Shown here one piece after another: positions 40,123 through 54,300 of a stretch of DNA of 64,000 bases. This DNA is from Geosiphon pyriformis uo1 (lineage: Eukaryota > Fungi > Glomeromycota). The position numbers and the translations under genes were made by a program. Within the stretch, counting starts at the first letter, position 1, and the number at the start of each line of letters is the position of its first letter. The notes beneath the pieces are model-generated. The model was not told the DNA's origin and made no database searches. It saw nothing but the letters and a program-made list of their open reading frames with translations. The stretch spans positions 245,139 to 309,138 of the forward strand of contig JAAOMT010000665.1 of the NCBI GenBank assembly GCA_016748015.1, read 5' to 3'.

Positions 40123-41574
40123 ATACGACGTGAAGTCTAAATTTCAACACTCTCAAACGAAACTTGAAGTATGATATAAGACTTAAGAATTTCGTAGCGT
40201 CTTTTAATATGTTTTACTAGCAAACAATTGGAATTTTATGCCACCGATTGCATTAACAGGCGGTTCCACATTTTGTGTAAGACAAAAGTAAGAGTAGGAA
40301 TTATTTAAATCAAAATCAAAAATAAATTTAGTGGGATTACCCAGACTAAGCAAGGGTTGATTGATCATAATTTTTGATAAGATCAAAATCACGTGAATTT
40401 AAAAGAAAATTGCATAAATGCTTATTGAACAAGGTTATTTGGGGTACACCAAGTTTTTTTTATTGGAAAATTCTGCGTGTAAAAAAAAGGGTGTTTGTCT
40501 CCTTTCGATGGCGTTCCTGCATTGAAGTATCTTTTATGGAAATAGTTTTCGTAATACCAGTTTTTGTGAATAACAATTATGGAAACCAGATTATAGAAAA
40601 AAAATGCGCCACTAAAACTAAATGAAAAATGTCAAATAGGAGTAATCAAATCGATTTCTCATTTTTTCTGGTATTAAATACTATTTATTATGAGCATTCT
40701 CTCCCAAAATAACTCGTAATCAAGGGACAAAGAAAATAGAAAACATTCAAATTCTTAAAAAATTGGAAAGCTTTACATTTTTCATTTTAGAAATTTGAAA
40801 TGCAATTTAATGAAAGATTTAAAAACTTTTTAATTAATTTAATTTTTGTTTTATGAAATAATTTTAATTAATAAATTATTATTATTATTATTATTATTAT
40901 TAAGGCTCGAAAGATATAAATATTCGTGCTTCTATTTCACTCACCCATAAGATCGCTTTTATGGCTACTAAATGAAATAATAATAATTTTTATATGGTGT
41001 TTTAGAATTTTTTAAAAGGTATTTTGAAGCCATGTCTATAAATAATTTTAATGTCTTAGATTTTTTTACCTGATTACAACATGTATTCTCGAGCTAGTCT
41101 AGCAAAAACCTTTATAAAAACCTAAAATTTATCAACCCTGTTATATTAATTATTAGGATACTATCATCAGCTTCAAACCAAATAATCTCTCGCATGGTCT
41201 TCTTTCTTTAAAACCAACCATAATGAATTTTTATTTTAAATTAAAAATCAATAAAGCTTACTTTTGGGTCCACAGAAGCCAAAAAAGCTTAATTAATCCT
41301 AAAGGGTTTCAATTTATTCAGAAATTAGATTCAAATCAAACTTTTTCCAACGTGGTAAAGTGGATGAACCTTACTAAGATTCCGCTAAAAAATAATCAAA
41401 TTATAAAACGTTCACAATCACAAAATAAAGTGCCAATCAACCTTAAAAATGGCCTTTTTCCATTGTTCCCGGTTATTACATTTTTCACAAATTTTGTGGA
41501 CTGCCTTAAACTAAATAACATTGGCTTAGACGTGCCTCATTTACAAATAAAAGGTTTTTCTTTTATAAAATTCA

Positions 41575-41600
41575 NNNNNNNNNNNNNNNNNNNNNNNNNN
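41575..41600. other. Assembly gap (N run)
   Basis: 26 N characters. Confidence 1.
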
Positions 41601-42344
41601 NGGGGGCGGAACGTGTTGATTCACAAGTGTTAAAAGATGTAAAACTTCTATTCCCTCAATTAAAAAAAGTTATTCGAAGGTACCTAAGTAACACTTTAGG
41701 GTATAGAATCGATGAAATTATGTTTATTGGACATGGCCTTGGTGGTATTTCAGTATTTTTAATAGTCAAAAGTAAACTTTAATTCAAATTTACTTTTCAA
41801 TAATATAAACTGTATCTTCAATATAACAGGATATGCTTCAATTGCTGGTTTTCAGTGGGCACTTGAAAGATATGTAATTATAGTAGAGAAAGAATGGCCT
41901 GATATTGATTTAAGCAAAACTTATCATCAAGTCGTTACTTTTGGAGCTCCGAGAGTTGCAAATAAGGAATTTAGTATATCCCTAAACCAAGTAATCCAGC
42001 ATTACCGCTTCACCCATGGAAACGATTATGTTCCACACTTTCCATCGACTTCAATGGGGTGGAACCATTTTGGTATTGAAATATGGATCGAGCCATTAAA
42101 CGGATGTGATTGTCCTGAGGATAATCAAAGCATGTATTGGGATTGCAATCACTCTATGCTTTCAACGGCGGGAACAAGGCAAAGCTGGATTGCTGGGATT
42201 TATTCTAATTAGAATTTGAAATCTTATCCTTTTTTATTTTAGGAATGTAATGCAGGTCAATCAATAAACAGCACCTTGGATGAAAATTTTCAATATAGGT
42301 CTTATTTTGGCGTTCAAATTGGTAAACGGGATCTGCGATATTGA
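41601..42344 (+). pseudogene. Class-3 lipase-like gene, C-terminal half; catalytic Ser absent; 5' part obscured by the gap
   Basis: IMFIGHGLG|GYASIAG...VVTFGAPRVANKEF...RFTHGNDYVPHFP...WNHFGIEIWI...ECNAGQS...YFGVQIG. In-frame stop at about 42209-42211 with no clear phase-0 donor upstream. Confidence 0.8.
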
Positions 42345-42479
42345 AATTATGTTGATCTTTTTGGCCCATTTTTGATCTACGATGTTGGTAATTCTGGTCA
42401 GATAGTCCGGTTTTTGTTATTTGTTCTTTCCAAATAACTTTCCTTTAACTTTTTAACAGTAATTGACCTAAATTCCAGC

Positions 42480-43640
42480 TGGTAACAACATTACTACAAA
42501 TATTTAATTATTAACTTAAATTCTTTGTAAATTTATTTCTAAATAATTTTTAAAATAAAATTTGTTATTTTAAATTTTATTAAATACTTTTTATAATATA
42601 AAAGTACAATTGTTGTTTAATGTATTAAAACAATATTAATTATTATTATTATTATTATAAAATGTGGTTTTATTATATTTTATATGTATAAAAACTAAAA
42701 AATTTTACTATAAAAACAACTTATGTATTTACAATATATAACCAGTTATCCAAAATTAAATTAATATTTATTCATTTATTTTTAAACTAAAAACACTATT
42801 ATAAATATTTTTCTTAAATAAATTTCTATAACTTGATACTATAATTTGGCTGTTTAATTTGAAAGTTTTGTAAATTTGAAAATTTACAATAGAGTTTTTT
42901 GTATAAAAAATAGAAATTTAATAATTTACTGGCTTTTTAATACTTAGTATATTTAACTTTTTCTGCTTTTTTTGACAAATTTATTCTGATATTTTTAATT
43001 TTTTTAATAAGTTATTCAATTTTAATAAATTAATTTTATATTTATAACATATCTATTTTTTACTAAACTATTTATAATATTATATTTTTAGCACTATTTT
43101 TTAATTTATTAAATCAATAAAAAAACAAACAACAAAAAAAATAAAAATTAATATCTTATTAATAATTGTGATTAAAAACTATTGTTTTAAAGTAATAAAA
43201 TTAACAATTATGTTTTTAGTATCTTTTAATAAAAAAATTAAGTATAAATAAAGTTGATAATAATAACAAAATAGTAAATTTATAAATTTAAATAATATTT
43301 CAAAAAAATATTATAAAACCAAAAGTAAAAATTTTTTGTTATTTAATTATTAAAATACTTTTTTTCTAATTAATATTATTTGTATTTATATTTATTTTTA
43401 ATAATATAAAATATTTTAACAATTTTTTTATTTTTGGTATTTCTGGCATTTTTAGAATTTTTTTTAATATTTTGAAATTTTTACTATTATATTATTTATT
43501 TTTGTTGCTTTTTATTTAAATAATAATATTTTTTTCTTTTAAAATTATGTAATATTTTATAATAGTATTTTTTAGTTTTTTAAATTATTAATTTGTTATT
43601 TTTTTTAATTAATTAATTATTAATGTTTTTATTATTAAAT
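42480..43640. repeat. AT-rich low-complexity block
   Basis: Near-pure A/T, no ORFs. Confidence 0.7.
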
Positions 43641-43773
43641 ATTATAGTAAAAAAAAAAACTTCTTTCTCTCTTACCTTCAAAAATCTTCAAAAAGCGCAT
43701 TTTCTAAAAAAGAAGTTTTTTATTTTTTCTTGTTAGTTTTTTTAACATTTTTTTAAATAATAACCCTTTTGTC

Positions 43774-45641
43774 ATGGATTTAAAGACTGCTTTAGATAGT
43801 AATATGTCAAAAAAAAAGGCACCCAAAGAAGCTTTCTATGGTTCTGCTGGTGGTTCTTTTGCTTTAAAAAAAAAAGTGGTTCTTGGGAATGTTAAACACT
43901 CTGGTGATGAGAAAAATATTTCTTTGATTAAATCTGGATCTGGTAATAGTGTGTATTCTAATGTGGATAGTTTATCTGGTAATAATAAGGATGTTGGCAT
44001 GGCTGGTATAAATGATGGGCCTTTTCTGAATTCAGCTGCAATCACTCCCAAGGCAAAATATATCAATATTAATGCTGCTTTTGGTTTCCCACTTGGTTTT
44101 TCCAACTTTGACATAGATGATGATGAAGAAGTGTCTCTTCCTCTTTGCTTTTCTATCTTTTTGGATAAGAAGTGGGTTGATCCTAAAATTGTCAAAACTC
44201 AGGTGAAGGTCTCAATTAGGCAATCTTTTGCTTTAGACATTAATCTCTCAGCTGTAAAAGGAAAATCAGTGATGGCAAAAACCCAAATCATTAGAAAATT
44301 TTTTTCAACTATCAATAGTTTTGGGAAGGCCACTACCCCCTTAAAATTTAAAAGAATTATTTGATCAATGTTTACTTTAGAAAAAAGCATGGAAATGGCC
44401 GTATTATTGGCCAGAGAAAAAAGAATTGACATAAACAGTGATCTTAAGAGACAAAAAATGAGGTCAGATCGGGCTGTAATAATTAAAAAAATTCTCATAG
44501 ACACATCTAAAAATATGATTATTGCTGTAGTATCCAAATTTGGAGAAATTAAGTTGATCAAAATTAACCTGATTGGAATGTGCAAAAAGCTGTAGTGGAG
44601 TTTGCTGAATTGGACCAAGTTAATTTGTTAGTCTCTAAGTGGTCATTCTTAATTGCTAAGGATTCTGTGTGTGTAGCCAAAGTGGTAGGGAATCATAAGA
44701 CTTGCACATCAAAAGATTGGTTTAGAGCACTTTTGTTTACTTTGCTAATGGGAATGATGGCACATGATTTTAGGACTCTTTTGAAAAGAGCTAATGGGAA
44801 AACTTGTATCATAAACAGATCTCTGAAAACTGGCAATAGGATTTGCTGTGCTGTAGTTGGTTTTGAATCTGATAATGATCTGAAAATTGCCTTTTACATA
44901 AAGCCGATTCTTGGCAGAATTAAACTTTCTTGGGCAAGGATGGATCTGGTTTGGTGTGAAAAATGTGGAAAGTTTGGTTACTCTGCTCTGGAATGTGATG
45001 CATCTGTTGTGTTTCTCTCTAAGCTTTCAAAAACATTTAAAAGAGTTGTGTCTAATGAACGTCATTTTCAGTTGGCTAAGTTGTATAAGAAAAAAAGTGT
45101 TTCCATATTCTACTCTACTGTCTTTGGTAATAAATCTTGGGCCCAGGTGGTCTCATTTGCTGGTTTTTCTGATGGTCTTCACTTTGCTTCTGGTTCTGGT
45201 TCCCCTTTGTCTGGCATTTCAGGTTTGAATAATGGTTTTCCTTCTGTCTTGGCTGGCAATTTGTTTTTGGATGTTCATTTAGTCTCTTTGAAACAATCTT
45301 TGAAGCTGCTAACTGACCAAGTTTCTGGCATTGTGTGCAAACTCAGCAGCATAGAATTGGTGCCTTTGGTCCTCTCTCCCTCTTCTGGCCATTCAGTTGC
45401 CCCAATAGTTGTCAATGTGGATTCAGATTCAAATATGGTTTTGGATGGTTTAGTAGTGGTGCCTGCAACTCCCTCTAATGTTTTGGCTCTGGGTTTCAGT
45501 AGCTCAAAAATCTTAACTACCAAGATAGACTGTCTGGAGTCCAAGTTGGTGGCTCTTAAAGCCTCAATTGGTTCTGTTTTAGTGAAATTAGATCAGTTGT
45601 GCATTGGCTTGGGGTTCTTGGTTTCTTTTTTCTTCCAATGA
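43774..45641 (+). pseudogene. LINE ORF1 (gag-like, RRM-like region and degenerate CCHC knuckle)
   Basis: AVVSKFGEIK...QKAVVEF (RRM-like); CEKCGKFGYSALEC (His>Tyr); premature stop and frameshift. Confidence 0.8.
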
Positions 45642-48600
45642 GTGGTTTGGTTTGGAAGTTTACTATATGCAATATTCATGGCATCAATGTTCCTGCAAAG
45701 CAAATGAATGTTATGTATTGGTATGTGAATTCTGGCAATATGGTGTCTTTTGTTACAGAAACTAAATTGAGATCCAGTATCAAGCCTTGGATTGCTAATA
45801 AGTTTGAGAGTGTGTGTGTCTTTACATCTGGCTTGGATAAAGATTTTCTTGGTACTGGAGTTGCTATAATTATAAACAATTCATTGGCTTCCCATGTGTC
45901 TAAGGTAAAGAAGATTTCTGGCAGGATTATTTCAGTTTGGCTTTTGTTTAAAGGCAAGCTTTCAGTCACAATTCTGGATTTGTACATTGGTGCTTTTTCT
46001 GAGACCAGATTTGGTCAAGCTTTGAAGGTGAACTTTTTGATTGCAGAAGCTGTTAATTCTAGCACTTTTGTGGTTCTGGGTGGAGATTTTAATGAGAATG
46101 AGTCTGAAAGGAGTGCAACTTTCAAGTTTTGTTTGGGTCTAAGTTTGGTCAATTTATTTGCTAATCATTATATGAAAAAAACTTTTACATGAAGCAATTC
46201 ATGGAGAGTTGAAAAAACAATTGATTTTATTTTTGTCAGTAGAAATCTTTCTTCTACCATTGCTGGTTATCAGGTCTGCTCTGTGTCTGGTTTTTTTGAC
46301 ACTGATTATAGTGCTGTTTCGGTTTTGATTGGCTTGAGTGGACTTCTAGATGTTTGGTTAAATAGTTTGCACAAACAGGCTAACAAGAATCATTGGAAGT
46401 TCAAAATTAAAGATGCTAATGGCCTCAAATGAACTGGTTTTAAGGATTGCCTTTCTGCCAAGCTTTTAATAGTTGCTAATGAATTTCTTGGTGCTGAAAT
46501 TCATGGTGATGTGAATGCTATGTGGACAATTTTAGAGAGGGTGGTGGTAGAATCAGCTAACAAGACATTTTTAAAACAGTGGTTTAGTGAGTTTCATTGT
46601 TTTAGGAATAAATTTTCTTCTAAGTTCTTTAGTTTAGAATTGTTGGTTGCCAAGATTGTTAAAAAGTTTGTCTTAGGTAATTTGTCTGGAGTTGATCACC
46701 TTATGAAAACATAGTCAACTTTGAATAACACCAAGGCTTGTGTCTTTGCTAACTTGGTTGGCTTGAGTGAAAAAATTGAAGTAGTTCTTAGACATTTGTC
46801 ATTGGTTTGTAAAAAATACAGAAGATCTAAGATATATGAGTCAAAAGTGGCTGAGAAGGCTTCTATAAAACTGGCAATATCAAAGTGCATAGAAAATTTC
46901 TGTTTTGACAAAAGCAGCATGATTAGAAGTGTTTTAGATTGGCCTTCTTACAAAGTAGTTCTGGATCACCTAATTGTGGATAATGAATTAATTTTGGAAC
47001 CTGAGAAAGTAAAGCTCAATGTTGATAAAATTATGGAGGGTTGGATTAGGAAACAGGTGGTGCTTTTGATAGTGCCTGACCTCTGGGCTTATCAGTATGC
47101 TCTATTGGATTATGTACAGAATTGTGTTTTTTCTAATGTAATAGGTGTCATCAGTTTGAATGAGTTGCTCTTAGTTGTCAATGGCCTGCCTGATGGTAAA
47201 GCAGCTGGCTTGTCTGGCATCCCTAATAAACTATAGAAGCATGGCAGCAATAGAGTGTTGGAATATTTCTTGAGATTATTGAATGCATATTTGTTGGTCA
47301 ATGGTGTTCCTGTTTTGTGGAAGAGGACTTGGGTCTCAATAATCTCTAAATCATATGATTGAGATGAAGTTCTTATGAATATGTGGCCTATAGCTTTGAT
47401 TGAGACTGCTAGAAAGATTCTTTCCAAGATTCTTTTTAATAGTATCTCTTCTGTATACAGTAAGTTTGGTGTTCTTTGGGGTGATAACTTTTCCATTTTA
47501 AAGAGTATGTCTATCCAATCTCCAGTATTCGCAGTTGGTTTAATTGTTAAAGATGCTCTAGAAAAAGGTCGGGAACTTTGGTTGGTTCTTCAGGACATGT
47601 ACAAGGCTTATAATTCTGTGGACTGACATCACTTGGAGGCTAGCTTACATCAGATCAAAATATGTGATAAGTTCATCAGATTTTTTGGTGGTATATATGG
47701 TGATAGGATAAATAGGGTTATAACAGACTTCAGTTTTACTGGTGGATACAGGGTTTGTAATGGCTTGGATCAAGGTGAGGTCTTTTTACCTCTTCTTTGA
47801 AGAATCTTTTATGACCTCCTTCTATGCAAAGTTAAAAGACATAAGCATTTGTGTGGTTATCAAATTGACATTAAGTTTGTAGCTAAAACTGATAGAATTG
47901 AGACTAGTGGTAGAATGTTCTTCTTTTTTACTGCAGGTGCATTTGTGAATGATATAATTTGGATTAGTAACTGTTAAATGTTAATGCAATATGCTTTGAA
48001 TATTGCTAGTAAATTTTTTGCAATCAATGACATTTTTATTAACAATAAAAAAACTGTGGTCATTCCTATTAATCAAGGTATTAGAGTGGTGTCTTTGAGC
48101 ATAAGTGGTTAGCCAATTTCAATAGCTAAAAAAGGTGAAGCTTATAAGTACTTGGGTATTTTTCTGTCTACCAAAGAGTTGTCTAAGCCGAGTGTGGCCA
48201 AAGCTTATTCAGATGTGCACTTTTTTGTTAATGTGGTGTTCAGGAAGTTTATTACTGACAAGCAGTTCTCTTATTTGGTTGCAGCTGTTCTGCAGCCTAT
48301 TGTTAGTTACAGAACCCAGTTTAGTTTTGTTTCATTGAGGGTTTGCCACAAGTGGGATGCTATGGTTCAGAAAAGTTTTAGGTCTAAGGCACATTTGCCA
48401 TGTAATTTTCCAGTCAAAGCATTGCATCACCTCTTGTTATATGGCTTGAAGTCTTTTGAGCAATTGCAGTCAGAGTGTAAATCAGCTGCTGTGATTTCAT
48501 TTTCCAATGCTCCTGGCATTTTTGGGCATCTATTCAATCATAGATTTTTGGATTTGCAAGTTCTGGGTTGGGCTTCACTGAATTCCTTGCAGTTCCCTGT

Positions 48601-50328
48601 TAAGTTACATGTTAGCCCTATAAACAATTTTCTGGCTGGTGTGGTTAAGATTTTTTTCGATAGTGAACTGTCTTTAGCTAACAATTTGCCAAGTGCTTTT
48701 TGTAGTCCTAGTGTGTTTCCTATATCTTTTGTGTTAGAAAATGCTCTTTACTTTAGCTTGGTTTGTTTGTTGAAATGTTTTGATGTCACTTTTGGTAACA
48801 GGCTGTTTAATAGAAAAAATCACTTAATGGATTGGAAGACTTTTCATTATTAGAAAAAATTAGATGCAAAAGGCCCTGTTCCTTTCTGGTTTGTGACTGT
48901 TTTAAAGTTTTTGATGGATGTGGACTCTTCATTAGCTACCTGTACTGGGAGCAGTCTTCTACCTAAGCTAGATGTTTTGAATTCTGTGGAGTTCTCTGAT
49001 ATTCAAAGTGGTTTGCATGAAATTTGGTCCAGTTCATTTGATGTCTATACAGACAGTTCATTAAGAGATATTAGAACTGCTGGTGTTGTTGGTGGCACTG
49101 CTGCATATTTTCTCTCTGTGGATCTGAGTGTTGGTATTAAGGTTCAGGATCTATTGTTTTCTACTTTATCTGAGTTGCAGGTAGTTACTCTGGCATTAGA
49201 GTGCATCTCATTCTCTTGCACTGTGGTGTTGTATCTTGACAGCCAGGCTGCTATTGATGTGTGTGTATCCAAAATGTTCTTAGCTGTGTCTGACTTTCAT
49301 GTTCTGTGCTGGATAGAAAGACATCACATTTTTAATTTGATTAGAAATAAAGATCTTGCTGTGAGATAGGTAAAAGGCAAAGACCATTCTGGGATCACTA
49401 GTAATGTAATGGCTGATGCTGCTACTGGTCATGCTACATGTTCTAAGTTCTCTTTGCCTATGAGAGTGTGTGAATGTTTTCTGGTGGCTAAAGCTATGGC
49501 CATGTCTGGCAATGCCCATCATTTTGTTAAGGATGTGTTTCAGTCTATTTACTGTGCTTGTTGAGAGGCTGGTCCTGGCCAGATTGTTGTTCTAAGTGAT
49601 ATAGTTGGGTGTGTGAACTGGAGTGCTATGGCTAAGGTTTGGCATTCTAACTTTTATATGCTTGCCGGCTTTACTAGTTGGGAATCTTCTAGTTTGTGTA
49701 CATATTTGATAAAAGCTGTGCACCAACAGCTGTCTATAGCAGTTAGGAAGAGGTTGTATAATAGAAGATATTCTGGCATGTTGTGTTTGTTGTGTGGTAA
49801 AGTTGAACTGCCTGATCATGTTTTTACTTGTGCATCAGATGCTAAGATTTGGAGGGAGGTTTTGGCTGAGGCTTTTGCATTTTGGACTTCTTTGTTGAGT
49901 GTCAATAGCCTGTTTTTTTCTGCTGTGTTGCAGACTCTTAGTTGGTGCTCTTCAGATATTGGCTTGTATTTGGTTTTATGCAAGGGATTTGTGTTTAAAA
50001 ACTGGTGTGAAGAAGCTGTTGATGTTTTTAATGGGAAGAAGAAAGCTCTTTGCATAGTGGTTGAATTTGTTAGGCAGTTGGCTGAGTTATATCACTCTAA
50101 AATTTGGCTGGTAAAATGTAAACATAAGGCAGATATGGAGAGAGCAGAGTTGGTTGGCAATAATAGTTTGGTCTTAAGTTTGTCACATTGCATTGGATCT
50201 GTTCTGTCAGAAGGAATGATTAGGATGCTTGGTATTATTAAGTCTTTTGTTATTAGTTTTGGCCATCAACAGTTCTGTTTTTTTTTACAGGTTTAAATTG
50301 TAACTCCTGTGTTGTTTTAGGTGTGTAG
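45638..50328 (+). pseudogene. LINE ORF2: APE endonuclease, reverse transcriptase, RNase H, C-terminal Zn motif
   Basis: CNIHG, VTETK, GVAII, LGGDFN, IDFIF; KAAGLSGI, PIALI, QDMYKAYNSV, GLDQGE, AFVNDI, YKYLGI; VYTDSS, LDSQA, GNVMAD-like; CLLCGKVELPDHVFTC. Many stops. Confidence 0.93.
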
Positions 50329-50375
50329 TATTGTCTTGTCTGGCCTAAGTGGCTAGCCACATGTAGGAAGTGTGT

Positions 50376-51349
50376 TGTTATCAGTAGAATTTTAGCTATT
50401 AATTAGCATGAAATTACTCTTATAATTCCTATTATTAATTAGCATACATTATTATTAATTCGATTATCACTTATTATTTAATCAAATTATCAAATATTAT
50501 TACTTAATTAATAATCCGATTTGTATTCTAGAAATTAAGATGATCAAATTACACAATACCCTAAACCTTTTAACATAGTCAAAATTTGCCGAAATTAATG
50601 AAAATTTGCCAAAATAATCAATAATTCAGTGAAATAACTTGTAAATTTGCCGAAATGTATCTTTAGTTTACCCAAATTGTAGCAAAAAGAAAAGTGCAAG
50701 TTCAAAAACTAGTACTACAACAAGTTGTATAAAAGAAGAGCTTCTCTTTTCAAGGAAATGTATCTTCTCATAGTACCTTACCATAGTATCTTACTTTAGA
50801 TATCTTAATTGAAACAAATTACTTTTTACAAAATCAAATAAAAATTAAATATTTGAAAACCAAATTCTTAAAATTATTACACTTGAAATTCCCTCAAACA
50901 CAACTAACGTTTTGAAATTGATTAGCTACCAATTTCAATAAGCTGTTAGTAACTCCAGGCCTGGATAGAAAACGTTTCCTTTGATAAAATCCTATTTCTT
51001 TTACATTTCTTTTATTTTTTTTTTCTTTTCTTATTACAATCATTAGGGTAGCCTACAGACAAGATTTCTGTAGAAAAGTTGACTTTCACAGCAAAGTAAC
51101 TATACATTTTTAGTGAGCTTCTAGATGAGCAATTTCTGAGAAAGAGTTGACGTTTACTATAATGTAACTACATAAAGTAACTGGCAAGAAATTGACCATT
51201 CCACTTATAAGCCCAGCAGTTCAAATTATAGGAGATAATTTAAAGATAAATTCAATTACTGGAGGTTCAACTACTTCTAGAAAACGTGAATTTGCAACCA
51301 ACAGACATTTACAACATTCAAGAAAAGAGACCAAAAACCTCCAGTAACA
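50376..51349 (+). repeat. 5' LTR (974 bp)
   Basis: TGTTATCAGTAGAATTTTAG...CTCCAGTAACA, homologous to three other copies in the window. Confidence 0.93.
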
Positions 51350-51351
51350 TT

Positions 51352-51369
51352 TGGTGCTTTCTTATGGAA
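51352..51369 (+). promoter_or_regulatory. Primer-binding site TGGTGCTTTC..., possibly tRNA-Thr type
   Basis: TGG lies 2 nt after the LTR end and is complementary to a tRNA ending GAAAGCACCA. The tRNA identity is not verified. Confidence 0.7.
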
Positions 51370-51394
51370 ATAACACAACAACAACAAATTCAAA

Positions 51395-54300
51395 GTGGTG
51401 ACCACACCAGACACAACAACTCTAGAGTATTATCAGTCAATTTACACCCACTGCAAGCAAAGATTCAACATCTCAGACGGAATTGAAGTTGTCAAGAAAT
51501 CAGTATACCAATACATTGAAAATTGTATTAACAATTATCTTTTTGGAAACTACAACATTTCAGAAGTTAGAAGCAACCTCTACAATAATTTAGTGCACTA
51601 TTTACAATTGGAAACAGAAAACCTGAACAGTGAAACACTTGCTACCTACTTCCAAGAACTTAATTTTAATATTATTGAGTATTGTGAAGAAAAATACCCA
51701 GTACAGCCCAAATACTCTTATAACTTTAAATTAGAAACAGAGACAAGCAACAAAGGCAAACAAAAAATGAAACAATACTCAAGAACCACTCCAAACACTC
51801 TAATACTACCAAAAACAACTGCCAAACACTTGCAAACACCTGAACAAGAAACTAGTGTCAAATTACTACTTTCTATTACACTATTTCCAATTTTACTTGT
51901 TCAACCATAAACACCAAGTTCACCACTTAACCATTTCTCCAGACCAAAAGATTTTCAGTCACCTAGAAATCCTACTCAACAACAAGAACCAATATCAACA
52001 AGTGCTAATATTATTGATTACTTACAGGAAAATGATAGTAATCATTCAGAAAGCTTGAAAAGTGAAGAAACTAAATCAGAACCAGAAGAAATCACAGGAA
52101 ACAAAAAAGAAATGACAACTGCTTACATTGCAAAAATTCCAGAATTCACTGGTGAAAACAATGATACCAGTCTTCAAGAATGGCTTGACAAAGTTCAAAA
52201 AGCAGGAGATGCAAATGGTTGGATTGCAGCAAGAATGCTCAAAGCAATTTTTTACTTTCTCCAAAAAATAGCAGGAAAATGGTTTGAAAATTTAGAAGAA
52301 CCATTTGAGAACTGGCAAGCATTCAAAGATGCTTTTTTACAACAATTCACTAACAACAATATCTCTATCACTCTCTGCAATCACTTTCGCAATATCAAAC
52401 AAGAAACATCTAAAACTGTCATGGCTTATCTTGGGAGATTCAACAAACTTTTTCGATGAATTTGACAATTGGAAACCAATGACTACTATTCTAATACTCA
52501 GATTCTGGATCAGTTTATAGCAGGATTAAAAAACAAATTGATTAAGAAAGTCCGTTCACATGCACCAGCAGACTTAGCAATTACTATCAGACATATAAAG
52601 AACTATGAAATGGCTATGGAAGAAGCAAACCACACCAAACTTGTCAACCTAACTATTGGAAAAACCAGTTTAGCAGCTGAAGAGAAGATAAACCAACTCA
52701 CAAAGAAGGTTGAAAGCTACTTCACAAACCAACAACAACAGCAACAACAACCACAAAGATATCAACCCTTACAATGACACAACCAAAACAATTTTGGATT
52801 ACCATTCAACAACCAACTTCAAAATTGTCATTATTGTGAAATTCCAGGACACTGGAAACAAAATTGTAGGAAATTACAAAAAGACCAACAAAACAGGAGT
52901 AATCAACGTTACTCTTTACCACAACAATCTTATTACCAATCTCCACTACCAATCTATTATTCACCAAGACCACAAAATCAAAACAGTTACTATCAACCAG
53001 CTCCACAACCAATGTAGCAACAATATCAGCAATCTTCACCAATTCAGCCATATCAGACACCACCCACTCAACAATATTAAGTACCAGCAAGAAGATTGGT
53101 TCAACATAACCAATTTACACCCCAAAATTAATTTCAGAATAACAACAACAGAATCAATCCAAATAACCAGTTGGTTCTCCAAAATTCTGGTCAACAAAGA
53201 CCCAATCACTATCACACTCAATCCAGTTATCTTATAATATTAGAGGAATCGGATTTTCAACAATCTGCACTTTCTGAAGGTAAAGTTGCAGCATTCAGAT
53301 CAAACTCTTCCAACAACACTATTCCACTAGCTCAAATTGCCCAAAATGCCAACCTTTCAAATATATTCTCATTCGAATTTGAAGCAAATGAATCACCATT
53401 CTTGCTTAGTAATGCAGCAGCTAATGAACAAAGAGCTATTACTGCCATGTACACTGAAGCTACAGTAAAAAGAAAACCCATCCAACTAATTCTAAACAGT
53501 GGATTAGCTGGAAGTATTATCACCTACCAGTTAATGCAACAGCTTCAAAGAACTGTTGACAGATCAGTCCAAACAGTAATTGTTACAGCAGATGGTATAA
53601 AAAAGACACCAGTAAGAAAAATTGACAATTTTCCATTTACCATTGATGGAATCACTATTTTAGTCAAAGTTCTAGTCATGAATGCACCCCAATACCAAGC
53701 TCTGATCGGAAATGATTGGCTTCTTAAGGCCAATGCAAATTTGAACTGGGAAACTCAGGAATTAAAAATCTTATACCAAGAACAATACACCATAGTACCT
53801 GCTACTTGTGGTATTTTTAACAAATGATCAGAAAAAGCCCCAGTATTTGAATTTGAAGAGAAAAAAAAAATGCCACTTACTGAAACCTACATGGCTCTTG
53901 GATCAACATTCAATTGGGCTGAAGAAACAGAACAGGAGATTTTTAAAGAATCAAGAGGATGGAAGAAAGTTAGATATTCTACACTAGAACCACGGAAACA
54001 ACCACCCTATATTCCACTCAAATGCAAAGATTACAACAAGAAACTTTCATCAATGGGAGCATGTATTTTTCCAGAAGAGGAATATAAAACTTGTATCTGT
54101 TACTTTTGCAAAGCATGCCATAGAAAACGATTTGGATTTCCAAAAAAAAGTGGAAAATAGAACAATACATCTTGTCTTACATGTGGAGATATATTACCAG
54201 AAGAATACAACTGGATTAATGTTGCAATGAAAGGAGAAGTATGTAATCAAATCTGTCAATATGCTCTATCAATTTCGGAAAAAGTTAGAAGAAGAACACT

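Noticed and set aside
51060-51395. gag frame extending through the PBS into the LTR
   Set aside because: There are several stops, some shared by other LTR copies, so coding cannot be supported.
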